Assembly: GCA_001771975.1 (NCBI GenBank)
Contig: MERE01000180.1
Coordinates: forward strand, 1 to 44,419
Length of the DNA: 44,419 nt
Reading direction: 5' to 3'
From: Betaproteobacteria bacterium RIFCSPLOWO2_02_FULL_68_150
GTDB lineage: Bacteria > Pseudomonadota > Gammaproteobacteria > Burkholderiales > SG8-39
Made by a program: the position numbers and the translations under genes
The notes under the pieces: generated by a model
Told to the model about the DNA's origin: nothing
Seen by the model: only the letters and a program-made list of their open reading frames with translations
The model's database searches: none
Part shown: positions 1 to 6,955 of the stretch, in pieces
How positions within the stretch are numbered: position 1 is the first letter of the stretch
How the letters are laid out: every line of letters begins with the position of its first letter

Positions 1-1105
1 CGACAGGCTGTGCCAGACCTTTCAGCGTGAGTTCGCCCAGCGGTTCGGCGTCGACCAGGTCTTCAACGAGATTCAGCACCCGCTGGCAGATCAGAATTTG
101 GCCGGATTTGGCCTCAGTACAAAGACGCGAGGCCAGGTTGGGGATGGTGCCGATCGCGGCATAGTCGAAGCGGCCCTCGAAGCCGATCCTGCCCAGCGTC
201 GCATAACCCTGAGCGATGCCGACGCCAAATCCGACCTCATGCCCTCGCCGGCGCCAATGCGCACCCAGTTCCGCGGCGCGCTCGCGCATTGCAACCGCCA
301 TGCGGATCGCGCGCGCCGCAGCATCCGGACAGGGTGTCAGATCGTTGAACAGCACCATCAGACCGTCGCCCAGGAAGCGCTCCAACGTACCTTCATAGCG
401 ATGAATGATCTCACCCAGTGCCGCGTGATACTCACGCAACACCTCCATCACTTCCTCCGGCTCGGCGGCTTCGGCCAGCGCAGTGAAGCCGCGCAGGTCA
501 CAGAACACCACCGCCACGTTGCGGCGGTGGCTCTCCAGCAAGTGGTCGTCCCCGGTGGAGATCACCAAATCGGCAAGTTGCGGCGCGAGGTAGCGCTTCA
601 GGCGCCTGACGCGCTCGATCTCGTCGAGCTGCGTCGCCACACGCTGCTCGAGCGTCCGGTTCCATTCGGCCAGCTCGTCGGACTGGGTCTGCAGGCGGGC
701 GGCCTGCTCCTGGACGGTGTCATGCAGCGCCTTGATGCGCAGGATGGATTTGACGCGCGCCAGCAGCGCTGCATGATCCACGGGTTTGGTGAGGTACTCG
801 TCACCGCCGCTGTCCAGTCCCGCGACGATATCGCGCGAATCGCTCCTGGCGGTGACCAGGATGATCGGCATGAACGGCAGCGCGGGGTCAGCCTTCAGCA
901 AGCGGCAGACCTCGAATCCGTCGCGCTTCGGCATCATGACGTCGAGCAGAATCAGATCCGGCCGATACTCGCGCGCGCTCTCGAGCGCCTGCTCGCCATC
1001 CACCGCGGTAACGATTTCATATCCCTGGCTGGCCAATCGGGTCTGCAGGATGTCCAGGTTGGCGGCGTTGTCGTCGGCGATCAGGATGCGTGGCGGCGAT
1101 CTCAT
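1..1105 (-). CDS. Response-regulator receiver domain fused to a class III adenylate/guanylate cyclase (3' end runs off the window)
   Basis: Own minus-strand translation from the ATG at 1105..1103. It reads MRSPPRILIADDNAANLDILQTRLASQGYEIVTAVDGEQAL..DLILLDVMMPKRDGFEVC (REC), then a coiled-coil linker. The cyclase homology domain follows: VAVVFCDLRGFTALAE..ERFLGDGLMVLFN..GIAQGYATLGRIGFEGRFDYAAIGTIPNLASRL. It is absent from the ORF track because there is no stop inside the window. Track ORF 98..1174(+) is its antisense shadow. Confidence 0.85.
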   Translation of the reverse strand, partial: MRSPPRILIADDNAANLDILQTRLASQGYEIVTAVDGEQALESAREYRPDLILLDVMMPKRDGFEVCRLLKADPALPFMPIILVTARSDSRDIVAGLDSGGDEYLTKPVDHAALLARVKSILRIKALHDTVQEQAARLQTQSDELAEWNRTLEQRVATQLDEIERVRRLKRYLAPQLADLVISTGDDHLLESHRRNVAVVFCDLRGFTALAEAAEPEEVMEVLREYHAALGEIIHRYEGTLERFLGDGLMVLFNDLTPCPDAAARAIRMAVAMRERAAELGAHWRRRGHEVGFGVGIAQGYATLGRIGFEGRFDYAAIGTIPNLASRLCTEAKSGQILICQRVLNLVEDLVDAEPLGELTLKGLAQPV

Positions 1106-1127
1106 GGGGGTTGCACCGCGCCGACCC

Positions 1128-1493
1128 TCAGGTCAGCAGTTCCCGCACTTTGGCCAGCAATTGCCGCGGGCTGAAGGGCTTCGCGACGTAGGCATCGGCT
1201 CCCGCGGCACGTGCTTTCGCCTCGTCTTCGCTCAGTGCGTAGGAGGTGACCACGATGATCGGAATATGACGCAGGTCGGCATTGGCCTTGATGCGCCGCG
1301 TTGCCTCATAGCCGTCGAGCAGCGGAAGCTGCACATCCATGAGGATGAGGTTCGGGCGATGCAGCACGGCCATGCGAACGCCTTCTTCGCCGTTCACCGC
1401 CTCGACGAGATCGAATCCAGCGCTGCTCAGCAGGTCGCGCAGGATTCGCCGGTTGTCTTCCTGGTCTTCGACCACAAGGATGCGATGGGTCAT
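1128..1493 (-). CDS. Single-domain CheY-like response regulator
   Basis: 121 aa. MTHRILVVEDQEDNRRILRDLL..NLILMDVQLPLLDGYE..PIIVVTSYA..ADAYVAKPF shows the receiver-domain acidic pocket, T and K signatures. Its start overlaps the stop of the upstream kinase gene (ATGA at 1490..1493). Confidence 0.9.
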   Translation of the reverse strand: MTHRILVVEDQEDNRRILRDLLSSAGFDLVEAVNGEEGVRMAVLHRPNLILMDVQLPLLDGYEATRRIKANADLRHIPIIVVTSYALSEDEAKARAAGADAYVAKPFSPRQLLAKVRELLT

Positions 1494-3034
1494 GTTGACG
1501 CCTTGCGCCGGTCCGGGCGCACCAAAATCGTCCGCCGCTCCACCTGCAGCGGCAGCGTGAAATGGAATACCGATCCGCCTCCAGGCTCCGACTTCAGCCA
1601 GATCCGCCCGCCGTGCATCTGGATGATCTTTTTCGAGATCGAAAGGCCAAGGCCGGTGCCGCCCTTGGCTTTGGTGCTGGAGCTGTCGACCTGCTGAAAC
1701 TCTTCGAAGATCCGTTGCTGATCCTCGGCCGCGATCCCTGGTCCGTCATCAGACACGGAGACGTGGAAGGCGCCATCGGCCACCTCCGCCGCCACCGCAA
1801 TCTCGCCGCAGTCGCTGAACTTGATGGCATTGCCGACGATATTCAGGAGCACTTGAGTGATGCGGCGCTCGTCACCGGTGCCATGGGGCAAATCCCCGGC
1901 AATGTGGACTCTGCAGACGAGCCCCTTCTCGGCCATCAGCGATTCGGTTGCGGTCACCACCGTCTGGACCACTTGCTGCATCGAGTAATCGGCCGTCGAA
2001 AGGGTCAATTGGCCGGCCTCGATCTTGGACAGGTCGAGGACGTCGTTGATCAGGTTGAGCAGATGGCGCCCGTTGCTCTGCACGCGAGCCAGGATGTCGC
2101 GAATCTTCTCCGGCACGGCGCCGTAGATGCCGTCCTGGATGAGTTCCGTGTAGCCGAGGATGGCGTTCAAGGGCGTGCGCAATTCATGGCTCGTGTTGGC
2201 GAGGAACTGCGATTTATGCCGACTGGCCGTCTCCAGCTGCTGGTAGAGGCGCCCCAGCTCTTCGCTTGTCCGGTTGACATCGGCCGCCAGCGTGCCCAGT
2301 TCGTCCCGGTTGGCGACCTCCAGGCGCCGCGTGAAGTCGCCGGCCGCAATCTCGCGCAGGCGTGCCTCGATCTCCGTCACGGGCTCGACCACCGACGCGG
2401 AGATGAGATAACCGAGCGCCAGCGCCAGCGCGATGCTGCCCAGCGCAAAGATGACCAGGAACCACTGAGAATGAACGTACGCCTGCTTGCTTGCTGCGAT
2501 GCTCGCGACAATGTCGGCCTCGGCAATGTTGACCAACTTGACGGTCGCGCTCTCGAGACGGTCAGCCAGCGGCCTCGCCTTCGCAAGCTGCATCTCCCGT
2601 GCGGCGCCAACCTGCCCGCCACGGATCAACCCGACGGTCTGGGTCACGACAGCGACGAACCGCTCGTAATCCTGCCGGATCTGCCCGATCAGCTCCGCTT
2701 CCTCTTTTGCCACGAACTGCAGCCAATCCAGGTCGTAGTCAAACTGGTTGAGCTGGCGCAGCGTCGCATCCAGCGTACGCTCCTCCGGCACCAGCAGCGC
2801 CGAGGCGACGCTGTAGAGCTGGTTGGTCGACTCGAGCTGGAGCCGACGGTAGGCAGCGATTTTGCGCTGCAGCGTAATCAACTCTTCGGTCTGCTGGTTT
2901 ACGCTGCTCAGCGAGCGCAGGCCGACGGCCCCCACAATGATGAGCAGAGCCACCATCACGAGCAACGCCACCAGCAGCTTGGTCTGGACTCGTGCCGGCA
3001 CACGGGCCACCAAAGCCACAAGCAGGCGTTTCAT
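1490..3034 (-). CDS. Membrane sensor histidine kinase (periplasmic/helical sensor, HAMP, HisKA, HATPase_c)
   Basis: Track ORF 1490..3121. I trimmed it to the internal Met (MKRLLVALVARV..), which precedes the first TM helix. HAMP: VEPVTEIEARLREIAAGDFTRRLEV. H-box: SHELRTPLNAILGYTELI. G-boxes: DDGPGI and GTGLGLSISKKIIQMHGG. Confidence 0.88.
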   Translation of the reverse strand: MKRLLVALVARVPARVQTKLLVALLVMVALLIIVGAVGLRSLSSVNQQTEELITLQRKIAAYRRLQLESTNQLYSVASALLVPEERTLDATLRQLNQFDYDLDWLQFVAKEEAELIGQIRQDYERFVAVVTQTVGLIRGGQVGAAREMQLAKARPLADRLESATVKLVNIAEADIVASIAASKQAYVHSQWFLVIFALGSIALALALGYLISASVVEPVTEIEARLREIAAGDFTRRLEVANRDELGTLAADVNRTSEELGRLYQQLETASRHKSQFLANTSHELRTPLNAILGYTELIQDGIYGAVPEKIRDILARVQSNGRHLLNLINDVLDLSKIEAGQLTLSTADYSMQQVVQTVVTATESLMAEKGLVCRVHIAGDLPHGTGDERRITQVLLNIVGNAIKFSDCGEIAVAAEVADGAFHVSVSDDGPGIAAEDQQRIFEEFQQVDSSSTKAKGGTGLGLSISKKIIQMHGGRIWLKSEPGGGSVFHFTLPLQVERRTILVRPDRRKAST

Positions 3035-3323
3035 GCGCCGGGGGCAGTTCGAAAACCAGCAGGAAAATTCACTCGCCCTGGCCGCGTCCCGCAATGAGGA
3101 ATCGGCGCACACATGAGGCACGCCGACCGGCGCAGCGCGTGACGGATGGGCAAATCATGCAATGGCGGATACTGCTCCCAGCGATATCGTTCAGGCAAGT
3201 GCAAGTGCAGGCTGTGACGCGGGCAGGCAGCCTGAGCCAGCGTCCATCGCATCGGGCGGAGAAACGCATCACGCAGGGTAGCAACTGGCGCATACTCGAT
3301 CAACTCGACAAGGAGACGGAGCC

Positions 3324-4334
3324 ATGACCCGACAGCGCTGGAGCCGGCGATGTTTTCTGAGCGCCGCGGGAGCACTCGGCGCGAGCGGTGTGTTGCATCC
3401 GCGGTTGGGATCGAGCGCCGATGCGGCTCCGGAAACGCGACGCATCCGCCTGGCGCGAGCTTCGGCGATCTGCTTTGCGCCCATTTTCGTGGCGGGCGAT
3501 GGATTGCTTCAGGCCGAAGGCATTTCGGACGTGGCAATTGCCGATGCGCGCCCTACCACGGTCGCGGCATTCCAGGAAGGTATCGCGGATATCGGCGCCA
3601 CCGACGTGCCGACGGCGCTTGTCAATCTGGACAAGGATGCGGACCACATCGTCGTTCTCGGCGGCATGCATTCGGGTTGCTATGAATTGTTCTCGGCTGG
3701 CAACGTACGCAGCATCCGCGAATTGAAAGGCAAGAGCATTGCGGTGCCCGGCTTGGGTTCCGGACGCTATCTCACGCTGTCTGCGATGCTCTCGCACGTA
3801 GGTCTGAATCCTCGCAAGGACGTCAACTGGGTATCGCATCCGGCACCGGATGCGATACGCCTGCTGGCGGAGGAAAAGGTGGACGCGTTTCTGGGTTTTC
3901 CACCCGAACCGCAGGAGTTGCGCGCAAGAAAAATCGGCCGCCTGATCCTGAGCACGACCACGGACCGGCCATGGTCAGGGTATTACTGCTGCGTGATCGT
4001 CGCGCGCAGGGACTTCGTACGCTCGAATCCTGTCGCCACGAAGCTCGCGCTCAGGGCCATATTGAAAGCGGCCGCGCTGTGCACGAACGAACCCGCGCGC
4101 GCGACGCAGACGCTGGTGAAGCTCGGACTGACACAAAAGTATGAATACGCACTCGAAATGATGAAGGAACTGCCATATTCGCGCTGGCGCGCATACGATA
4201 CCGCAGATTCGATGCGTTTCTATGCGCTGCGACTGCTTGAAGCCGGGCTGATCCGATCGACGCCGCAGAGTCTGATCGCACGGGGCGCGGACCTCCGGTT
4301 TCTGGATCAATTGAAGGGCGAACTGAAGGCGTGA
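3324..4334 (+). CDS. Periplasmic solute-binding protein, NMT1/THI5 - SsuA/TauA-like (ABC-type nitrate/sulfonate/bicarbonate family), Tat-type signal
   Basis: 336 aa. Twin-arginine leader (MTRQRWSRRCFLSAAGALGASG), and an AAGGAGAcGGAG SD just upstream. Overall resemblance to COG0715-type binding proteins, recalled from memory. No permease or ATPase gene is adjacent. Confidence 0.72.
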   Translation: MTRQRWSRRCFLSAAGALGASGVLHPRLGSSADAAPETRRIRLARASAICFAPIFVAGDGLLQAEGISDVAIADARPTTVAAFQEGIADIGATDVPTALVNLDKDADHIVVLGGMHSGCYELFSAGNVRSIRELKGKSIAVPGLGSGRYLTLSAMLSHVGLNPRKDVNWVSHPAPDAIRLLAEEKVDAFLGFPPEPQELRARKIGRLILSTTTDRPWSGYYCCVIVARRDFVRSNPVATKLALRAILKAAALCTNEPARATQTLVKLGLTQKYEYALEMMKELPYSRWRAYDTADSMRFYALRLLEAGLIRSTPQSLIARGADLRFLDQLKGELKA

Positions 4335-4368
4335 TGGGTGTCGCGCCGCGCCTGCCGCCTGAAGCTAG

Positions 4369-5259
4369 CTAGGCCGCCAGGCGGTACCGCCCGTTCTCGA
4401 GCACGATTGCGCCGGTTCGCATCAGCCGCTCGAGGTGCTTGCCCATGATCGCGCCTTCGCCCCACTCGTAGAACTCCTTCGGCTCGCGCGGCTTGCGGTA
4501 CACGATCCATTGGTTGACGATCTCGTCCATCGTGCGCGGCACGGCGAGGCAATCGAGCAGCTTCGCCTCGCGCTCGTCGATCACGGCGCGATAGCGCCCG
4601 AATAGCGCGCTCACGTCGCCCTCGAAGTAGCCGGTCTCATGGCTCGTCAGCCAGACGCGCGCCGGGATCCGGCGCAGACGCTCGATCGACGCCATCAGCT
4701 CGTCGAGCGACGAATCGCGGTCGCCGTACCACGGGCCGAAACGCGTCAGGTCGTAGTCGCCCATGAAGAGCACCGCCGGCTCGCGGAAGAAAAACGCCAG
4801 ATGTCCGGGCGTGTGCCCCGGTGTAGGAATGATCTCGACGCTGCAGCTGCCGAGGTCGATCACTTCGCCCGGCCGCAGCCAGCCGCTGGCTTTGCGCGGC
4901 TGGTAGTGAAATTCTTCCACCAGCGTCTTGCGCCAGTAGCTGCGCTGCGACTCGCCCTGCATGCCGTACCAGTCCATGAACGACTCGACGCCGGATAGCG
5001 GTTCGGCCTCGAGCGGCGACTGACGGAAGGGTAGGTCCTCGAACAGGTTCATTCCCGCGATGTGGTCCTCGTGCCAGTGCGACAACCACACCTCGCGCAC
5101 GCCCGGACCTTCACGCAGCGCCTTGAGGTGGTCGCGGTCGGCGCCGGTGTCGATCAGCACACCGGCGTCCTCCACGTAGACGCAGTTCACGAAGGGGTAC
5201 TTGCCGCGGTTGCCCCCGGGCACGAAGCGGACGGGACCGATGCTGCGCTCTTGGCTCAT
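4369..5259 (-). CDS. MBL-fold metallo-hydrolase
   Basis: 296 aa. HxHxDH motif (LSHWHEDHIAG), later TPGHTPGH, and a downstream D/H ligand (FMGDYD..TSHE). Its start overlaps the yhbY stop (5256..5259). Confidence 0.85.
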   Translation of the reverse strand: MSQERSIGPVRFVPGGNRGKYPFVNCVYVEDAGVLIDTGADRDHLKALREGPGVREVWLSHWHEDHIAGMNLFEDLPFRQSPLEAEPLSGVESFMDWYGMQGESQRSYWRKTLVEEFHYQPRKASGWLRPGEVIDLGSCSVEIIPTPGHTPGHLAFFFREPAVLFMGDYDLTRFGPWYGDRDSSLDELMASIERLRRIPARVWLTSHETGYFEGDVSALFGRYRAVIDEREAKLLDCLAVPRTMDEIVNQWIVYRKPREPKEFYEWGEGAIMGKHLERLMRTGAIVLENGRYRLAA

Positions 5260-5657
5260 GCCTTGCCTCGGTTTCCCCTACGGGAGCGCGCGGCGCTTGC
5301 GCGAGTTGCACGAGCCGACGTCTTCGGTCGAGGCCTTGACGCGCTGACGTCCGGCCGCGGGACCGTCTTCTCTGGTTCTGGTTTTCTGCGGTAGAGCACG
5401 AGCACCTTGCCGATGTGCTGCACCGGCTGCGCCGCGCAGCGCTCGCAGATCGCCGCCATGGCGACGTCGCGCGCCGCGCGCGCAAGGCCCGCCGCGCGTA
5501 CCTTGATCAGCTCATGGGCGGCGAGCGCGCGTTCGATTTCGGCGAGCACCGCGTCGCTCAGCCCGTCGTCGCCGAGCCACACGACCGGCTCGAGCGCATG
5601 CGCGCGCGCCTTGAGCGCCTTGCGCTCGGCGGGCGATAGCGAGTCGCCCGCGCTCAT
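5256..5657 (-). CDS. yhbY: YhbY/CRM-domain RNA-binding protein with a basic C-terminal tail
   Basis: Track ORF 5256..5936 trimmed to the Met at 5657. MSAGDSLSPAERKALKARAHALEPVVWLGDDGLSDAVLAEIERALAAHELIKVRAAG..IGKVLVLYR matches the YhbY pattern (LsxkqrkxLrxxAHxLkPvvxiGxxGLtxxvxxEixxaLxxHELIKVk), recalled from memory. Confidence 0.8.
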   Translation of the reverse strand: MSAGDSLSPAERKALKARAHALEPVVWLGDDGLSDAVLAEIERALAAHELIKVRAAGLARAARDVAMAAICERCAAQPVQHIGKVLVLYRRKPEPEKTVPRPDVSASRPRPKTSARATRASAARSRRGNRGKA

Positions 5658-6168
5658 GCGGGAAACCGTTGGCGCAGCTTCACCTTGCAGAACTTGCCGG
5701 TGGAAGTGCGCGGGATCGCATCGAGAAACTCGAAACGCTCCGGCAGCTGCCATTTGGCGAAGGCGCTCGCGAGATGCGCGCGCAGCTCTTCCGGCGTGGC
5801 GCACTTGCCCGGCTTGAGCACCACGCAGGGCAGCGGCCGCTCGCCCCACTTCGCATCGGGCACCGCGATGACCGCGGCTTCCTGCACTGCCGAATGCGCC
5901 ATCAGCAGGTTCTCCATGTCGACCGAGCTGATCCACTCGCCGCCCGACTTGACCAGGTCCTTGCTGCGATCGGTGATGCGCAGATAGCCGTGGGCGTCGA
6001 GCGAAGAGCGAAGCAATGCCGGGCGAGCGACTTGTCGGGCAGGCGGCTGACGATCCCGGATTCGGCGTACAGCCGGCCGGCGCGCTCGAGCAGGTGATCG
6101 AGCGACAGCGGCACGCGCTGCATGGTCGAGCGGATCACCGATTCACTATCATTCCGCATGAAAGTCAT
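5654..6168 (-). pseudogene. Remnant of an AMP-dependent acyl-CoA synthetase/ligase: N-terminal ~45 codons joined out of frame to the C-terminal ~118 codons
   Basis: Frame A (from the ATG at 6168): MTFMRNDSESVIRSTMQRVPLSLDHLLERAGRLYAESGIVSRLPDKSLARH, a typical ligase N-terminus. Frame B (5654..6016): ..SLDAHGYLRITDRSKDLVKSGGEWISSVDMENLLMAHSAVQEAAVIAVPDAKWGERP..IPRTSTGKFCKVKLR, a typical C-terminal subdomain. The whole AMP-binding core between them is missing. The junction lies around 6008..6025. Confidence 0.75.
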
Positions 6169-6223
6169 CGTACACTCCCGGCCGGAGAATACCTGAGGCA
6201 TTCACTTGGAGGAGGAGACCATC

Positions 6224-6370
6224 ATGAAGCGCATGCTGATTCCGGTCGCAACCCTGATTTCCGCCAAGATCAGTACCAACCAGGACGACTTCGCGCCGAT
6301 CGAGTCGGTGCAGCGGATGCGTTTCGACGGCAAGCAATGGAACTTCTTCGGCGAGGTGATGGGCAAGTGA
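6224..6370 (+). CDS. Small hypothetical protein (48 aa)
   Basis: Below the ORF-track length cutoff. ATG at 6224 is preceded by GGAGGAGGAG (6208..6217). Translation: MKRMLIPVATLISAKISTNQDDFAPIESVQRMRFDGKQWNFFGEVMGK. Third codon positions are mostly G/C, like the real genes here. Confidence 0.4.
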   Translation: MKRMLIPVATLISAKISTNQDDFAPIESVQRMRFDGKQWNFFGEVMGK

Positions 6371-6398
6371 TGCCGGCGCACTGACGCGATCGCGGCGC

Positions 6399-6953
6399 AT
6401 GACTGGCGTGACTCGTTTGGGCGATGCCGCCCAGTCGCAAACGCGGGACCTGAGGGCCGCCATCAGCGCGCTGCGCGCGGAGCTCGAGCAGCTGCAGGAG
6501 CGCCTGGCGAACGCGCAGACCGACGCGGCGACGGCCGTCGGCGCCGATGTGGCGCAGTTGAAAAGCACGATCGCGGCGCTGCGCGGCGAGCTCGAACGCG
6601 AACGCGCGCTGCGCGACGACGCGGTGCGCGAGGCGCAGGGCGCCCGCCAGGCCGAAGCCCAGCAGCTCAAGGCGACGATCGGCACCCTGCGCGAGGCGCT
6701 CGACCAGGCGGGCCACGACGCCGAAGAGCGCCGGCGCGAGGCGGGCGCTGCGGCGAAGGACGAAATCGCCCAGCTGCGCGCCGCTGCAACGGCGCTGCGC
6801 GAGGCGCTCGAGGCGGCGCAGGCGGCGCACGACGAGGCCGTGGCGGCGCTCGAAAAGCAGCATCGCGCCGAAATGGCCGAGCTGCAGGCGACGGTGCGCG
6901 CCCTGCATGCGCGGTTTCACGGTGCGGCGGGCGGCAAGACGAAAGCGAGGTAG
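6399..6953 (+). CDS. Coiled-coil protein built from 36-residue repeats (unknown function)
   Basis: 184 aa, A/E/R/L/Q-rich. The xLRxEL motif recurs at residues 25, 61, 97, 133 and 169 (exact 36-aa spacing). Its stop lies 2 nt before the GTG start of the cyclase gene. Confidence 0.6.
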   Translation: MTGVTRLGDAAQSQTRDLRAAISALRAELEQLQERLANAQTDAATAVGADVAQLKSTIAALRGELERERALRDDAVREAQGARQAEAQQLKATIGTLREALDQAGHDAEERRREAGAAAKDEIAQLRAAATALREALEAAQAAHDEAVAALEKQHRAEMAELQATVRALHARFHGAAGGKTKAR

Positions 6954-6955
6954 CG

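Noticed and set aside
98-1174. 358-aa plus-strand ORF at the window start.
   Set aside because: The opposite strand encodes a clean REC-cyclase protein with conserved motifs. The plus-strand product has no domain signature.
3195-3210. Short tandem GCAAGT-GCAAGT-GCAG in the kinase/SBP intergenic spacer.
   Set aside because: Only 2.5 copies of a hexamer, and no DNA-binding regulator is encoded nearby to give it meaning. It could be chance.
3121-3323. Possible TPP riboswitch upstream of the NMT1/THI5-like binding protein (GGAUACUGCUCCCAGCG resembles the GGAUAAUGCCAGCG core).
   Set aside because: The obligatory upstream CUGAGA element and the pairing partners are absent or in the wrong order. 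The resemblance is limited to about 12 nt.
4355-4384. Hairpin CCGCCTG-(16 nt)-CAGGCGG between the convergent SBP and MBL genes, considered as a bidirectional terminator.
   Set aside because: The loop is large, there is no flanking T/A tract, and the element overlaps the MBL stop codon. Support for an intrinsic terminator is too weak.
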